The position numbers and the translations under genes were made by a program. From contig NIVC01003730.1 in NCBI GenBank assembly GCA_002269645.1, positions 15,945 through 79,944 on the forward strand: a DNA stretch of 64,000 nt, read 5' to 3'. Numbering within the stretch: the stretch's first letter is position 1; each line of letters opens with the position of its first letter. Below the pieces are notes generated by a model, which searched no databases, was not told the DNA's origin, and saw nothing but the letters and a program-made list of their open reading frames with translations. Source of the stretch: Macrostomum lignano. Lineage: Eukaryota. This document shows positions 12,269 through 24,300 of the stretch, piece after piece.

Positions 12269-13404
12269 AATAGCTGTTTTGCCATTGTTGCTATACAGAT
12301 GCAGCCAACTTCACTGCCACTCACTTCTAACCACAGATACTATAAACACTAGATAGGCCACTCAGGCTAATTTTCTGGGCAAGTTTTTTATTCTACTTTC
12401 TGCTTAGTAGCAATGAAAGGAAGCAACAGTATTATTTGCTAAATTAGACAAATCGAGTGACTGTTTTTAAGACATCGTTTTGCTAACGCCATAAACAACT
12501 AACTTGTTTTGTGCAGTAATGGTGTACATTAAGACGCGACAGACAGTGTGCAATGCCGCTATCTTTCAAAGTGGAGGAAGGGGGGTAGTCTGGAATAGGG
12601 TTAATATCAGTTTCGTATAAGGCAGGGTGAGTGGATCGATAATTTAGGCCCACTGGTGGTGGGATAGAAAATAAAGGACTGCACATAGCTAGCCTGGGTT
12701 AGGGGTGGGGGTTGAGAGGTTGTGGGTTAGAAAATTTGGGGGTGGTGAATCGTGCTTAAATACAAGCTTATATAGATGAACAGGACAAGAGTCAGAGTTA
12801 AAGAAAGTTCGAGTGCATACTAGCTTTTCTATCTAATCTTGTACTCGAGAAATGTTTTGATTCGAACCACTGCTGTGCTCCCACTTGCACGAGCTTTGTA
12901 CTAGTGCTATTAACATCCGAGAAAGAAAAATCCGTTGCGAATGCATAAATTACCAAAAGATGACACTGGCGAAGCGCTGGCAGCAGCTACTGCAGGAGCG
13001 TGGATATTGACCTTTATAAACAATTAAATCACGGGGCCTCCGTGTGTTCAGCTTGCACTTTATGGACGAGGCCTACTGCTGCCTTACAAAGTGCCACGGA
13101 TGTGCAAGACATCTGTTTTCGCTGGGACGCAATCCCACACCAAGAGTTGATGCTGCCTCGGCTCGTTCAAATAGACCAGCTACCCTCTGTGCAAAGGACT
13201 GATAAACGATGAAGAGGCAGACGACATGTACCCTCCAGTGCTGGGGCCAATTAGCAATCTATCTGCAGCCGAGCCTGCGACTTGCCTGCTGCCAGTGCTG
13301 TGGCAGAGCAACCTTCGGCTACCAGATTCTGCGCCGAGAACAGCTGTTGCGGCTGAAAGCTCTCACCTCTGCAGCCGATTCGCGGGTTCCAAGCGCTAGA
13401 GGCA

Positions 13405-13752
13405 ACGATCAAGCGGCTGCAGCAACGATCCCGAGGCCGAAAGTGACAGGCGAATCAAGCGGCTGCAGCGGCAATCCGAAAGCGACAGGCAAATCAAGCG
13501 GCTGCAGCGGCAATCCCGAAAGCGACAGGCAAATCAAGCGGCTGCAGCGGCAATCCCGAAAGCGACAGGCAAATCAAGCGGCTGCAGCGGCAATCCCGAA
13601 AGCGACAGGCAAATCAAGCGGCTGCAGCGGCAATCCCGAAAGCGACAGGCAAATCAAGCGGCTGCAGCGGCAATCCCGAAAACGACAGGCAAATCAAGCG
13701 GCTGCAGCGGCAATCCGAAAGCGACAGGCAAATCAAGCGGCTGCAGCGGCAA
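13405..13752. repeat. 40-bp tandem repeat (AGCGACAGGCAAATCAAGCGGCTGCAGCGGCAATCCCGAA), ~8 copies
   Basis: Period 40 (13561, 13601). Confidence 0.93.
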
Positions 13753-14444
13753 CATTCGATGGTCAAGGCAAGTGCAGCGCAGTCGTGCATCCATGGACTG
13801 TGGAGGCGTGGCTAGCGCAGCTTCCAGCGGTCGACTGGGCGGCAGGGCGCTCGCAGTCAGGGGTGCTCTGGTCAAAGGATGTCATCTCATCAGCAGCTCA
13901 TTGCAGCTGCAAAAGTCCTGCTGCTTATCGGCTGCCTGTTACGAAACCACTGAGGATTGGCTCTCCATCGGATACATCCCTGGACCTTGAAGTGGCGCAT
14001 TCGCCAGTTTTTTTCATCTGTTGGGCCGTTCTGAATGCTGCCTCTGAACAAGGGCGACTGGCGACCCTGTTCTTCAACAGCACGCTGCGAGTTTCACAAA
14101 CAGATGAGCTGATTAAGATGAGAAATCTTTCTATTTTGCTCACGAATATGGATTATGGAGTATATGATATAGCTCGTATTTGCTAAATATACAATAGTTG
14201 ACTGCAATAATATAGCCTTCTATGCAATCTAAAGCATTCACAATGTTGCTTTGAATTGTGGAAAGTATAATTATAAGTTTCTTTTTGCAAAAAAATCAAT
14301 ACAATTGCTGCATTGCATTCATCTGTTTTTTTATTTAAAAAAATATAAATAACGCTAAAATGTTTTTACTACTACTAAGCAGAAAGTAGAGTAAACTGTC
14401 GTGTTGTGAAAATTAGCTGGAGTGGCCTATCTAGTGTTTATAGT

Positions 14445-14927
14445 NNNNNNNNNNNNNNNNNNNNNNNNNNNNNNNNNNNNNNNNNNNNNNNNNNNNNNNN
14501 NNNNNNNNNNNNNNNNNNNNNNNNNNNNNNNNNNNNNNNNNNNNNNNNNNNNNNNNNNNNNNNNNNNNNNNNNNNNNNNNNNNNNNNNNNNNNNNNNNNN
14601 NNNNNNNNNNNNNNNNNNNNNNNNNNNNNNNNNNNNNNNNNNNNNNNNNNNNNNNNNNNNNNNNNNNNNNNNNNNNNNNNNNNNNNNNNNNNNNNNNNNN
14701 NNNNNNNNNNNNNNNNNNNNNNNNNNNNNNNNNNNNNNNNNNNNNNNNNNNNNNNNNNNNNNNNNNNNNNNNNNNNNNNNNNNNNNNNNNNNNNNNNNNN
14801 NNNNNNNNNNNNNNNNNNNNNNNNNNNNNNNNNNNNNNNNNNNNNNNNNNNNNNNNNNNNNNNNNNNNNNNNNNNNNNNNNNNNNNNNNNNNNNNNNNNN
14901 NNNNNNNNNNNNNNNNNNNNNNNNNNA
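14445..14927. other. Assembly gap (483 N)
   Basis: Run of N. Confidence 1.
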
Positions 14928-15283
14928 CCTGCACTCGGCTAGGCGGACGGAACATTCACTTTGAACCATCAACGGTTGACGCTGTTGTTGGACTTCCATG
15001 TTTTCGATTCTAGGCTGATCTGTTAAGCATTGTTTTGTGTGAATTTTTTAATGGCTATACAGTGATGCGTGTACTTTCGACTGCCCATTTTTATGATTTA
15101 AAGGGATTAGCCTTTTTATTATACCTGACCACCTGGGCTTAGTAAGGTGCTTTTTTCGAGGCAGTTTCACAGTTCGTTCCTGCACGAGCCGAGTTTTTTG
15201 TAAGCGCGGCGTCAATTTTTACCCCTATCTATAGATAGCAAAATATTTCAAATTTCAAGTTGATAAATAAAGTCAACCCCATC

Positions 15284-15520
15284 TAGCCTATAGTGGTTAA
15301 AAGCGTCGCACTCACGACTGAAAGGTCGGAGTTCGATTCTCGACTCTCTAGGAACAATTTCTGTCCTTGAGCAAGACAATTAACTCTGCATTTCTTCAGT
15401 TTATCCAGCTGTAAAATGGATGCCAGCATTAGCTGGGGTAATTGAGGGTGTGTGTGGTGACGCCCCCCCCCCAGTCCTTGGACTGAACAGCCATGCAGCA
15501 ATCAGACGCCTCACACGCAG
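15284..15520 (+). mobile_element. tRNA-derived SINE, copy 1
   Basis: A-box-like TAGCCTATAGTGG and B-box GAGTTCGATTC (15329-15339), followed by a body (GTCCTTGAGCAAGACA...CAGCTGTAAAATGG) shared with the copies at ~30.8 kb and ~54 kb. Confidence 0.8.
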
Positions 15521-15601
15521 GTTTAATAGTGCAGGTGTAATCAATTATTATTGCAAATTATTATATTTCTGCATGAAATTACTTTAGATAATAACAACTA
15601 A

Positions 15602-18600
15602 TTAACGATAACGACTAACCTCAATGGCGGCGTATAGTCGGTTCTCAGTTTTCAGCCAGCTGTGAATGTCTGTCAAGTTGCACACCATCACACTGCCCGT
15701 AGCAAAAACTGCTGCAACTTTCCAAGATTGTTTAGCAGGCCTCTCTTCAGCCGAGGGAACGACCTGACGGATTAGACAGTCTGCCTTCGTCGACTTCAAC
15801 ATAGGACTAACCAGCAGCAGGGTGCTCGAGCAGTTCTCGGATGCGCACACGAAATGCTGGTTCGGAATTGATATCGTGGTTGGGATTGCTTCCAGCTGTT
15901 CTGTTCGATTTTCACAGCCTCTGCCAGTGAATCCGAGCCTGCACTCGCACGCACCGGCTACGCAGAGTCCATTTTTACCGCAGTCGTTCGGACAGATGTC
16001 CCGCTCCAAGTCTTTCAGCACGCGACTGTTGCTTCGGACTTCGGAAGCATTGTAGCCAATGTCTTTCCGGCACACGTCTAGCATTGAGTTAAGCAGAGTC
16101 TCCGCGAACTGATAAGTATTTAGTGTCAGGGCGTACCGGATGCAGAGAAACTCAAATTGGGCTGCATAGTTTGCTCCGATTTGGTGGTCACTGTGCCCCG
16201 AGCATAAAGATAAACTGTAGTTTCGTAGGACCATTTGCACCGATAGAAAGTCTGAACAGAACTGCTGCGCCTCTTTTGAAGATATTTTATTTTTTACTGA
16301 CGAGAAGGTTTCGTTCATAACTTGTGGGTCGGCTGCTGTGGGAATGTGATTCTTTTCTTCAACTCTTGCTGTAATAGGAATTTCCCTTTTAGTCCGTTCA
16401 ATGTTCGTCACGTCTACAAGACAGCCGCTTTTGGCCGACTGCTTTTCTACATTTTCGCAGTGGCATATTTTCATTATCTCGAACGGCTGGTCGATCAGAT
16501 CCTGACTCTTCGCTTTTCTAGCTGCATGCGTGTACTTCGATGAAAAAAGATTCTCACTTGGCCTCTTGACTATGTACTTTACTGCTTCAGATTGACTTGT
16601 TGCATACATCAAGCCATCAACATTTCCCGGAATGTCGTACATTGACGGTATAACAGTTACATCGAGTGCAAATTCCTTTCTGTCACCCACAGGATGTACG
16701 CCACCCCTACAGGCTCTGTTTCGCATTTCGCGCAAAGACATGATAAACCGATGAGCGCAACTGCTTTTTGCTTCCAGATGCGCGCGGAACTTCCAGGCGT
16801 AAATTATTGTTCCATAAAATTGTAAGTGTATTCGAACAACATCTAAAGTTGAGTCGATCTTGTTTACATTGCGCCGGACGTCGCAGAGTGAATCGGCTCG
16901 CATCGTGTCTTCATTTAACGTTTTCGAACCGTTTGGAGCTTTGCAGTGCACTCGATGTGTCAGTTCACCGTTATTTTCGTTTGCATTGCCCGAGATGATA
17001 ATAGTCATGTAGTTGTACCTAACTGCCACTCGAGTCACTACACTTTCATCGGGACCGTCTTGCACCACCGATTGCGGTCTGGTGATCAAAACTTGCACCT
17101 CGTAAGGAAGCACTTTGTTTCGCATAGCTACGTAGACATCACTCTCGCCTCTTTTGGCTCTTAAGACGTACGTTGAATTCTCTTTGTAGATGCCGCCGAC
17201 TGGCTTCACGAATGGGTCGCTAAAGATGTGCAGGTAGTTTTGCGGTCCGGAAGCTAGTGTTCGAAGGTCGACTTTCAGATGGAGTGATTCAAACCGCTCA
17301 AAGGCCAGTAGGGAGGGGACGTTTGAATTGCCGTTACGCGTAAAAATCCCATCGGCTGATGACTTGTATGATATGTTTATTCTCGCCTCGCTCAGCTGTT
17401 CTGATTTTTTTAGCCCGAAAACAAATTTTCCCTCGTGGTCCTGGTTATAAAGGACTAATTTCATGCACACTTTCCGCTGTAGCCGGGAGCGACTATTGCT
17501 GCTAGCAAACTCGCATACACTTTCATTGCTATTTTTGTTGTTGGAAAGCACTGCAATGTCGGTTCGATCTTTCCTGTATCTTATTTTTCTGGCTACGGAC
17601 ACTGAAAAGGTAATCTTTTGCGTTGTAGGGATGTTCCGAGTGCTAATGCACAGCTCGACTGGTTTTCCCGGGCGAATAGTGTGCTCACCATGAGTGAAGT
17701 TGATGAAAAACGTAAATGAATGAATATTGGAAGAAACCTCGGGAACGCTGAGATTCACCGGTTTTACAGTGCAAACAATATTGCTGCCGTATATGTTCTC
17801 TCCCGGCTTGGCAATATGGTACCACGGGCAGTTGAAAGTGCAATTTCCTTCACAGTTCGGTGGAATGTCATGCTCCTTAACATTGCACCGTTTTATGCTT
17901 TTCTGATCCCCGTCTCGACCAGTTAGTACAAATCTTATTGTGTAACGGGATTTGTACTGGGAACCGTAAACTCCACAAGTAAAGCGTTCGTCTCCGTAAT
18001 CATTATGTAATTGAAGAATTGGCTTCTTGGGAATCAGAATGTTTTCTGACGGATCTGCTTCATCACCGATGCAATACGAGTGTGTCTTTGGCAGTGGCAG
18101 AAGGAAGTACAAAGTAACCGATTGAGTGCATTTGAGGATTCGTACCGGATAGAAAGTTTCGTCGGCTAGATGACAGGTTCTTAGCTGGCTCCATACGCGA
18201 TACGCTCGGGCCCTTGACAGCGATCGGCTTTTCGATTTCTTTTCGACCACAACGTCGTGCAGCACGTAAGCCGCTCTGCCGCCGCAGTCGGAATCCTTGA
18301 CTCCGCTGCTGCAGCCTTCGACCATCCGGTTGCCCCAGGGTGACTGAACCCGATACCACTGTGGCTTGATCGTCGAGAATAGTTCGGACGCTGGCTGACG
18401 CATTGAAGAAGACGATGTGGAGTTCCTCCCCGCTCCTGGTCGGTGTTTTCCTTCCAGATCCTCAATGACGGGCAATTCGCTTTGTCTTTGGCACGGATCG
18501 TGGGAGGCAAAAGCGGTTTCGCAGCGGTAACCAAAGTAGTTGGGTGTGCATTCGCACCGGTCGTATATGGCATCGTATGTTGCACCGTTTAGACAGGGGA

Positions 18601-18661
18601 AACCAGTTCCTTTGTGGAACAGGGCCAGCGTTAGTAAGAGTGCTATACTGTTTGCGGTCAT
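15602..18661 (-). CDS. Secreted VWDE-like protein (signal peptide, EGF, D8C/UMOD-type Cys domain, degenerate VWD, C-terminal EGF), 1019-aa single ORF
   Basis: Signal MTANSIALLLTLALFHKGTG; EGF 'CLNGATYDAIYDRCECTPNYFGYRC'; 'DPC...WYRVQSPWGNRMVEGC...CGG...VRILKC...LYFL..P..HSYC' (D8C-like); 'FSDPFV' (VWD-start-like); 'CPNDCGKNGLCVAGACECRLGFTGRGC'. A possible donor GAG|GTTAGT at 15619 means the 3' end may continue. Confidence 0.75.
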   Translation of the reverse strand: MTANSIALLLTLALFHKGTGFPCLNGATYDAIYDRCECTPNYFGYRCETAFASHDPCQRQSELPVIEDLEGKHRPGAGRNSTSSSSMRQPASELFSTIKPQWYRVQSPWGNRMVEGCSSGVKDSDCGGRAAYVLHDVVVEKKSKSRSLSRARAYRVWSQLRTCHLADETFYPVRILKCTQSVTLYFLLPLPKTHSYCIGDEADPSENILIPKKPILQLHNDYGDERFTCGVYGSQYKSRYTIRFVLTGRDGDQKSIKRCNVKEHDIPPNCEGNCTFNCPWYHIAKPGENIYGSNIVCTVKPVNLSVPEVSSNIHSFTFFINFTHGEHTIRPGKPVELCISTRNIPTTQKITFSVSVARKIRYRKDRTDIAVLSNNKNSNESVCEFASSNSRSRLQRKVCMKLVLYNQDHEGKFVFGLKKSEQLSEARINISYKSSADGIFTRNGNSNVPSLLAFERFESLHLKVDLRTLASGPQNYLHIFSDPFVKPVGGIYKENSTYVLRAKRGESDVYVAMRNKVLPYEVQVLITRPQSVVQDGPDESVVTRVAVRYNYMTIIISGNANENNGELTHRVHCKAPNGSKTLNEDTMRADSLCDVRRNVNKIDSTLDVVRIHLQFYGTIIYAWKFRAHLEAKSSCAHRFIMSLREMRNRACRGGVHPVGDRKEFALDVTVIPSMYDIPGNVDGLMYATSQSEAVKYIVKRPSENLFSSKYTHAARKAKSQDLIDQPFEIMKICHCENVEKQSAKSGCLVDVTNIERTKREIPITARVEEKNHIPTAADPQVMNETFSSVKNKISSKEAQQFCSDFLSVQMVLRNYSLSLCSGHSDHQIGANYAAQFEFLCIRYALTLNTYQFAETLLNSMLDVCRKDIGYNASEVRSNSRVLKDLERDICPNDCGKNGLCVAGACECRLGFTGRGCENRTEQLEAIPTTISIPNQHFVCASENCSSTLLLVSPMLKSTKADCLIRQVVPSAEERPAKQSWKVAAVFATGSVMVCNLTDIHSWLKTENRLYAAIEVSRYR

Positions 18662-21600
18662 TTAGTCCGCTTGTTGAAAGAATTTTATCTTTAAAAAGAT
18701 TGGTATCATAGCTGCAAGGTGTTTTTATCCAGATTATATAGCTGCTGTGGTTACGAACAGACTATACTACAGACTAGGTTGAGGGTTGAGTGGCATAAAC
18801 TAAAGTTCTCTTTTTCTTTGCTGTTCTTTTCAATGCGAAGTTGCCTGCGCAGGCAGTTCTCTTTCTAATGTACGTTTTAGTGAGCTCACAAAAGCGTAGT
18901 AATATATTGTCAATTGGCCAACATATTTGAAGAATAACGTTAACGTACTCACGCATTTGTACGTGTTTTGGAATTTCGTTTTTTTCGAAACTGAAGTTCT
19001 TTCTTTTAAATAATGGTTATGATGTGATATTTATATGCAGTGGTATATTTTTGGAATTATTTTAGTGGAAAAAAGACCTGCACTCTGTCTTGCGTACTGT
19101 TATGGAGAACTGTTTTGTCATCTTTAAAAATATTTTCAACGCTCCGTTGTTTTCTAAAATGTGGAAGTTCGCATTTGTTGTGCCCGGGTCTCTGGCTCTC
19201 GGTCAAGTGTGCCCGGCACTGCACTCCCACCCCCCGGCCGCGTGCCTGCGCCAACCCCCCATTCTGTCTGCGTCAACCCCCCCTCCAGTTGCACCCACCC
19301 CACTGCCTGTTAGGCCAGCCGGCTTTGGCTGGCTGCGGCCCCAGTGCGCCCCCTCTCTCGCCCTGCGATTGGCTGGTGGTCCAGCCAATCGGTATGTTTC
19401 CTCTCCCCTCCAATCGCGACCCCGACTTGTAACTTTTTCCTTGTTGGATAAGACGATCGTAATTTTGGCTAGCTAGGCCTGGGGTAGCGATACCCCAGGG
19501 CTTAACCAGCTGATGTGTTCCTTATTACAGAGACCTTTCTCTGTAATCAAAGAACACTCACTTCTAGCTCTGTAGCTAGGAAACCCAGTAAGTCAACTTC
19601 AGGTACTCAATTACCTTAAATCCGGTTGAGCTGTTCTCTTCCTCGTGTAGTTCTCGCAATAGGTCTCTCAGTGGATCCGTAGGTCTCGCTTATTCTCGTT
19701 GCTCTGGTCCGATTTCTTCTTTGTTTCTCGCCGGCCGGTATCTATCGTTCGGACCAATGGGAAGCTTCCAATTACAATGGGTACCCTGCGCCAACTGTGG
19801 TTTTAATTAAGCCTTCTTCTTCTAGCAGTGCCTCTATGCACTCTAGGTATAGCTCCGGTATTCTCTAGTAGATCCTCTAAGACCGTAGTCCTTCGGGCGA
19901 CTACAGCCAATGGAGTCTCAAAGGGACTCAAGAGTCTCAACAGACTCTAACACTATATCACAAGTGAGTCGACTCAACAACAACTGGCGCAAATAAGAAA
20001 GGCTTACCGCAAGTCACTCGACCGAGTCTCGAGTTGATCTAGGAAGTCTTGGCTAAAGCTTCCTCTTCGGAGCTGCTCCTTCTGGAGTCCAAAATCTGAA
20101 GCTCCGGTCCGCTCCGGACCACTTGTATTTATAGGCAAACGGACCCCACATGAGGCCACGTGAGTTCAACTTCTCAACTGTCAAAAGGTCACGGATTGGT
20201 TGCTGTCAAACATGGCAGGTTAGAAAGCTACACCATTGGTTTAGTGTAAAAACGCATTATCGCATTTGAGTTATTTTTAGCTACATTTGGTTGGTTCACA
20301 TGAGTACGGCTGAATGATGCATCTCACCTGGGGTTTGAGTCTGACAAATGCGGGTTACACGTGATTGGGTGATTTCTAAATTTAGCATGCTCGAGATTTC
20401 TCTCTTCCTATTGGTTAATCAGAATATAACGTATAGTTCAAAGCATACCTTTATACATGTTCTTCATTTTACTACTATGCAAGTAGTACGTTAGCCATTT
20501 TTTTATGATTTTTGCAGGAGGTAGAACACTCGACACAGCTAGCACAAATATAAATATATGCAGGGGCAGTAGGGGAGGCATCGCTTTCCTTGGTTGAATT
20601 GTGCAAGTCACAGCCATAAGTCTAATACTGCAATCTACATGTAGATACCTGTCTATTCTATAGACTGAAGAGAGAACATTGAGAGAAGCCACCCCTGCTG
20701 CCGCCACCGCTGTTACCCGAAGAAACAGAGTGAGTCGAGTGGCTTTCTTATTTGAGGGACTGGTGGGAATTAATCTGTGCAATGGGGACGGACTGATTAA
20801 GTCTCCTGACGCGATCCCCCGCTCAGAGTCCGAAGTCAGTCCGGCCAGTTGACTGACGCCATATTCGGCTCGTTCACTGTGATAGTCAGGGTAGTGATCC
20901 GGCCTGTAGCACAACACGTTCAATGTGATGAAAAAACTCACGGGTTTGTACTAGTATAGTTTTTCTATTAGAATTAACACAGAAATAGTCGAAAATGATA
21001 AATCCAAGTTTAAAATTCGGATCTGCACAACCAGTTTCTGTGGTTCGAATGAGTGTGTGTGTGAAATGAGCCGTGTGATCACGTATGGCTCGTACGTGTA
21101 AAATTTGTCTCAACTGATGTCGGTGTGAACCAGTTTTTAGTCTAAAATATATTGGCACCTCTGACACTTACACAGCCACCAGTGAAGGCACCTGTAGCGC
21201 ATCCAAGGGGAAGAGGCAAGTAAGGCTGGACCACTATAATTATGTCACTTAGACCCCTTTTTGTCAGACAATTTGTCTTCATAAGTTATTTCCTGAGTCC
21301 AATCCTGACCCCATAAAGAACACTAACCATTTTACTATAGCTTTTAAACTTCTATGCAAAAAATACATCTGTGCCATATGCCATATGCCATTCTAGCTAC
21401 TTTTTAGTAAGCGAGCTGTAATATTCTTGTCGCAAAAGAAGTTTAATTAGTTTTCCAGTGTATGCGCAACCTGATGATGTCTGTCTACTCGTAATTGAGC
21501 TTGAGTAAGTATCTGCTCCTGTGCGTGCTCATGTGTCTTCGAAAAGGCCCTTTTAAAAGTAGCGAAAAGGCTACTTGCGTGCCCAGCGCGCGATGGTAAA

Positions 21601-22317
21601 ATTTGCATCAGAAACTGCGTATTAAAAAACACACCAGTTACTCTCATCGGATCTACCCAGCGGCATTTTCTGCTGCGTCATTTGCAGGGACAGAGAGTTT
21701 TCATAAGAAAACTATTCAATTCTGAGCAAGAAAAGGGACAAACACAGCTAAAGTGTTCGAACTACAGTTTTGGTTGCCCTAGAGACCTAGTGACGAGTGT
21801 TGAAAAAGCCTATAGACTGTCTTTTCTCTCTTTTCTCTGTCTGTCAGACCCACGACAGTCTGCATGCGACTCTCTTTTCTCTCTCTTTGCTAGCGCCAAG
21901 CCAAATTCGGTTTTGAATAGAATAAATTTGGTCCAAATATCTTCTGCATGGTCTTTGCGACGACCGCTCAACAATGATAAAGAGCCGCTTGAGTCGCCTC
22001 TGCAGCAGTTTGCTTTCAAGTCATGCTTGGCTGAGCCACAATAGAGATAAGCAATGCCTATGCAGCCCTCCCTCTCCGCTGCATTCTTCTATTCTTGAGG
22101 CGGAGAGCTGAGCTCTTTGCACGTTATTAGCTTGAGTAGTTTCCGTTGCTAAGCAAACTCAGGAGAGCGCTGCCCTACTGTGGGTGGGTGGGTCAAACCT
22201 CTGTAGGCACTATAGGCGCAGTTTAAGATGCAGTAAACTTGTGGAGGGGGTTGCGGCACACAGCTTGGCAACCACCTCGGCGACCCAGCAACCTGACCCC
22301 CCCCTCCGTGCCGTCCC

Positions 22318-22324
22318 TATTTAA
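22318..22324 (+). promoter_or_regulatory. TATA-like box (TATTTAA) of alpha-tubulin
   Basis: Lies ~115 nt upstream of the ATG, with a TCATT initiator-like motif ~25 nt downstream. Confidence 0.55.
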
Positions 22325-22437
22325 CCCTCTCCCTCGCCCGCGCTCCGAGCCCTCTTCATTGCTACACAGAGACTCCGTCAGTTTCTCTCAAGCCGAAACA
22401 GCAGCCTACCCCTCACTTCGCTTTCGAAGCCTTCAAC

Positions 22438-23873
<1,436 letters not shown>

Positions 23874-24300
23874 GCCGGATCTTGACAAAACCAACAGATC
23901 GACTTTATTCCAACTCGAAAAATTCAAGCTAAATTGAACTTTTTTGATAAAACATTCAAAACTTAACAACACCTACTTTACAAATCAAATTTCAACGCTC
24001 AAACCAATCAAGTAGTGTTAGTAATTCTATTTGCAGTTCAGATCTTTTAGTTTTATTGTAAGGCGAAAAATTGCCAAATAAAATAACAGTTCTTTTCAGC
24101 AGATTCACCTACTATTATGAGCAGTTAAACAAATAAACAACGATTACCCAGTTAGTGCTTTTTACCAACTTTTGGAGAATATAAAAATTCTAAGATTCTT
24201 TCCGTATTTTCTTCATTTAATCATTTTCTATAGTTGTAACGCTTTGGCCAGATTATACCTGAACCACAAATTCTTTCTAAGAAATCAATTTACAAATCCG

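Noticed and set aside
13209-14186. 325-aa ORF
   Set aside because: Held open partly by the 40-bp repeat, no recognisable domain, and no coding-type codon bias. At most a decayed element.
14406-14999. ORFs of X residues
   Set aside because: Assembly gap artefacts.
20438-22044. Short ORFs upstream of tubulin
   Set aside because: No homology, codon bias or consistent splice chain recognised.
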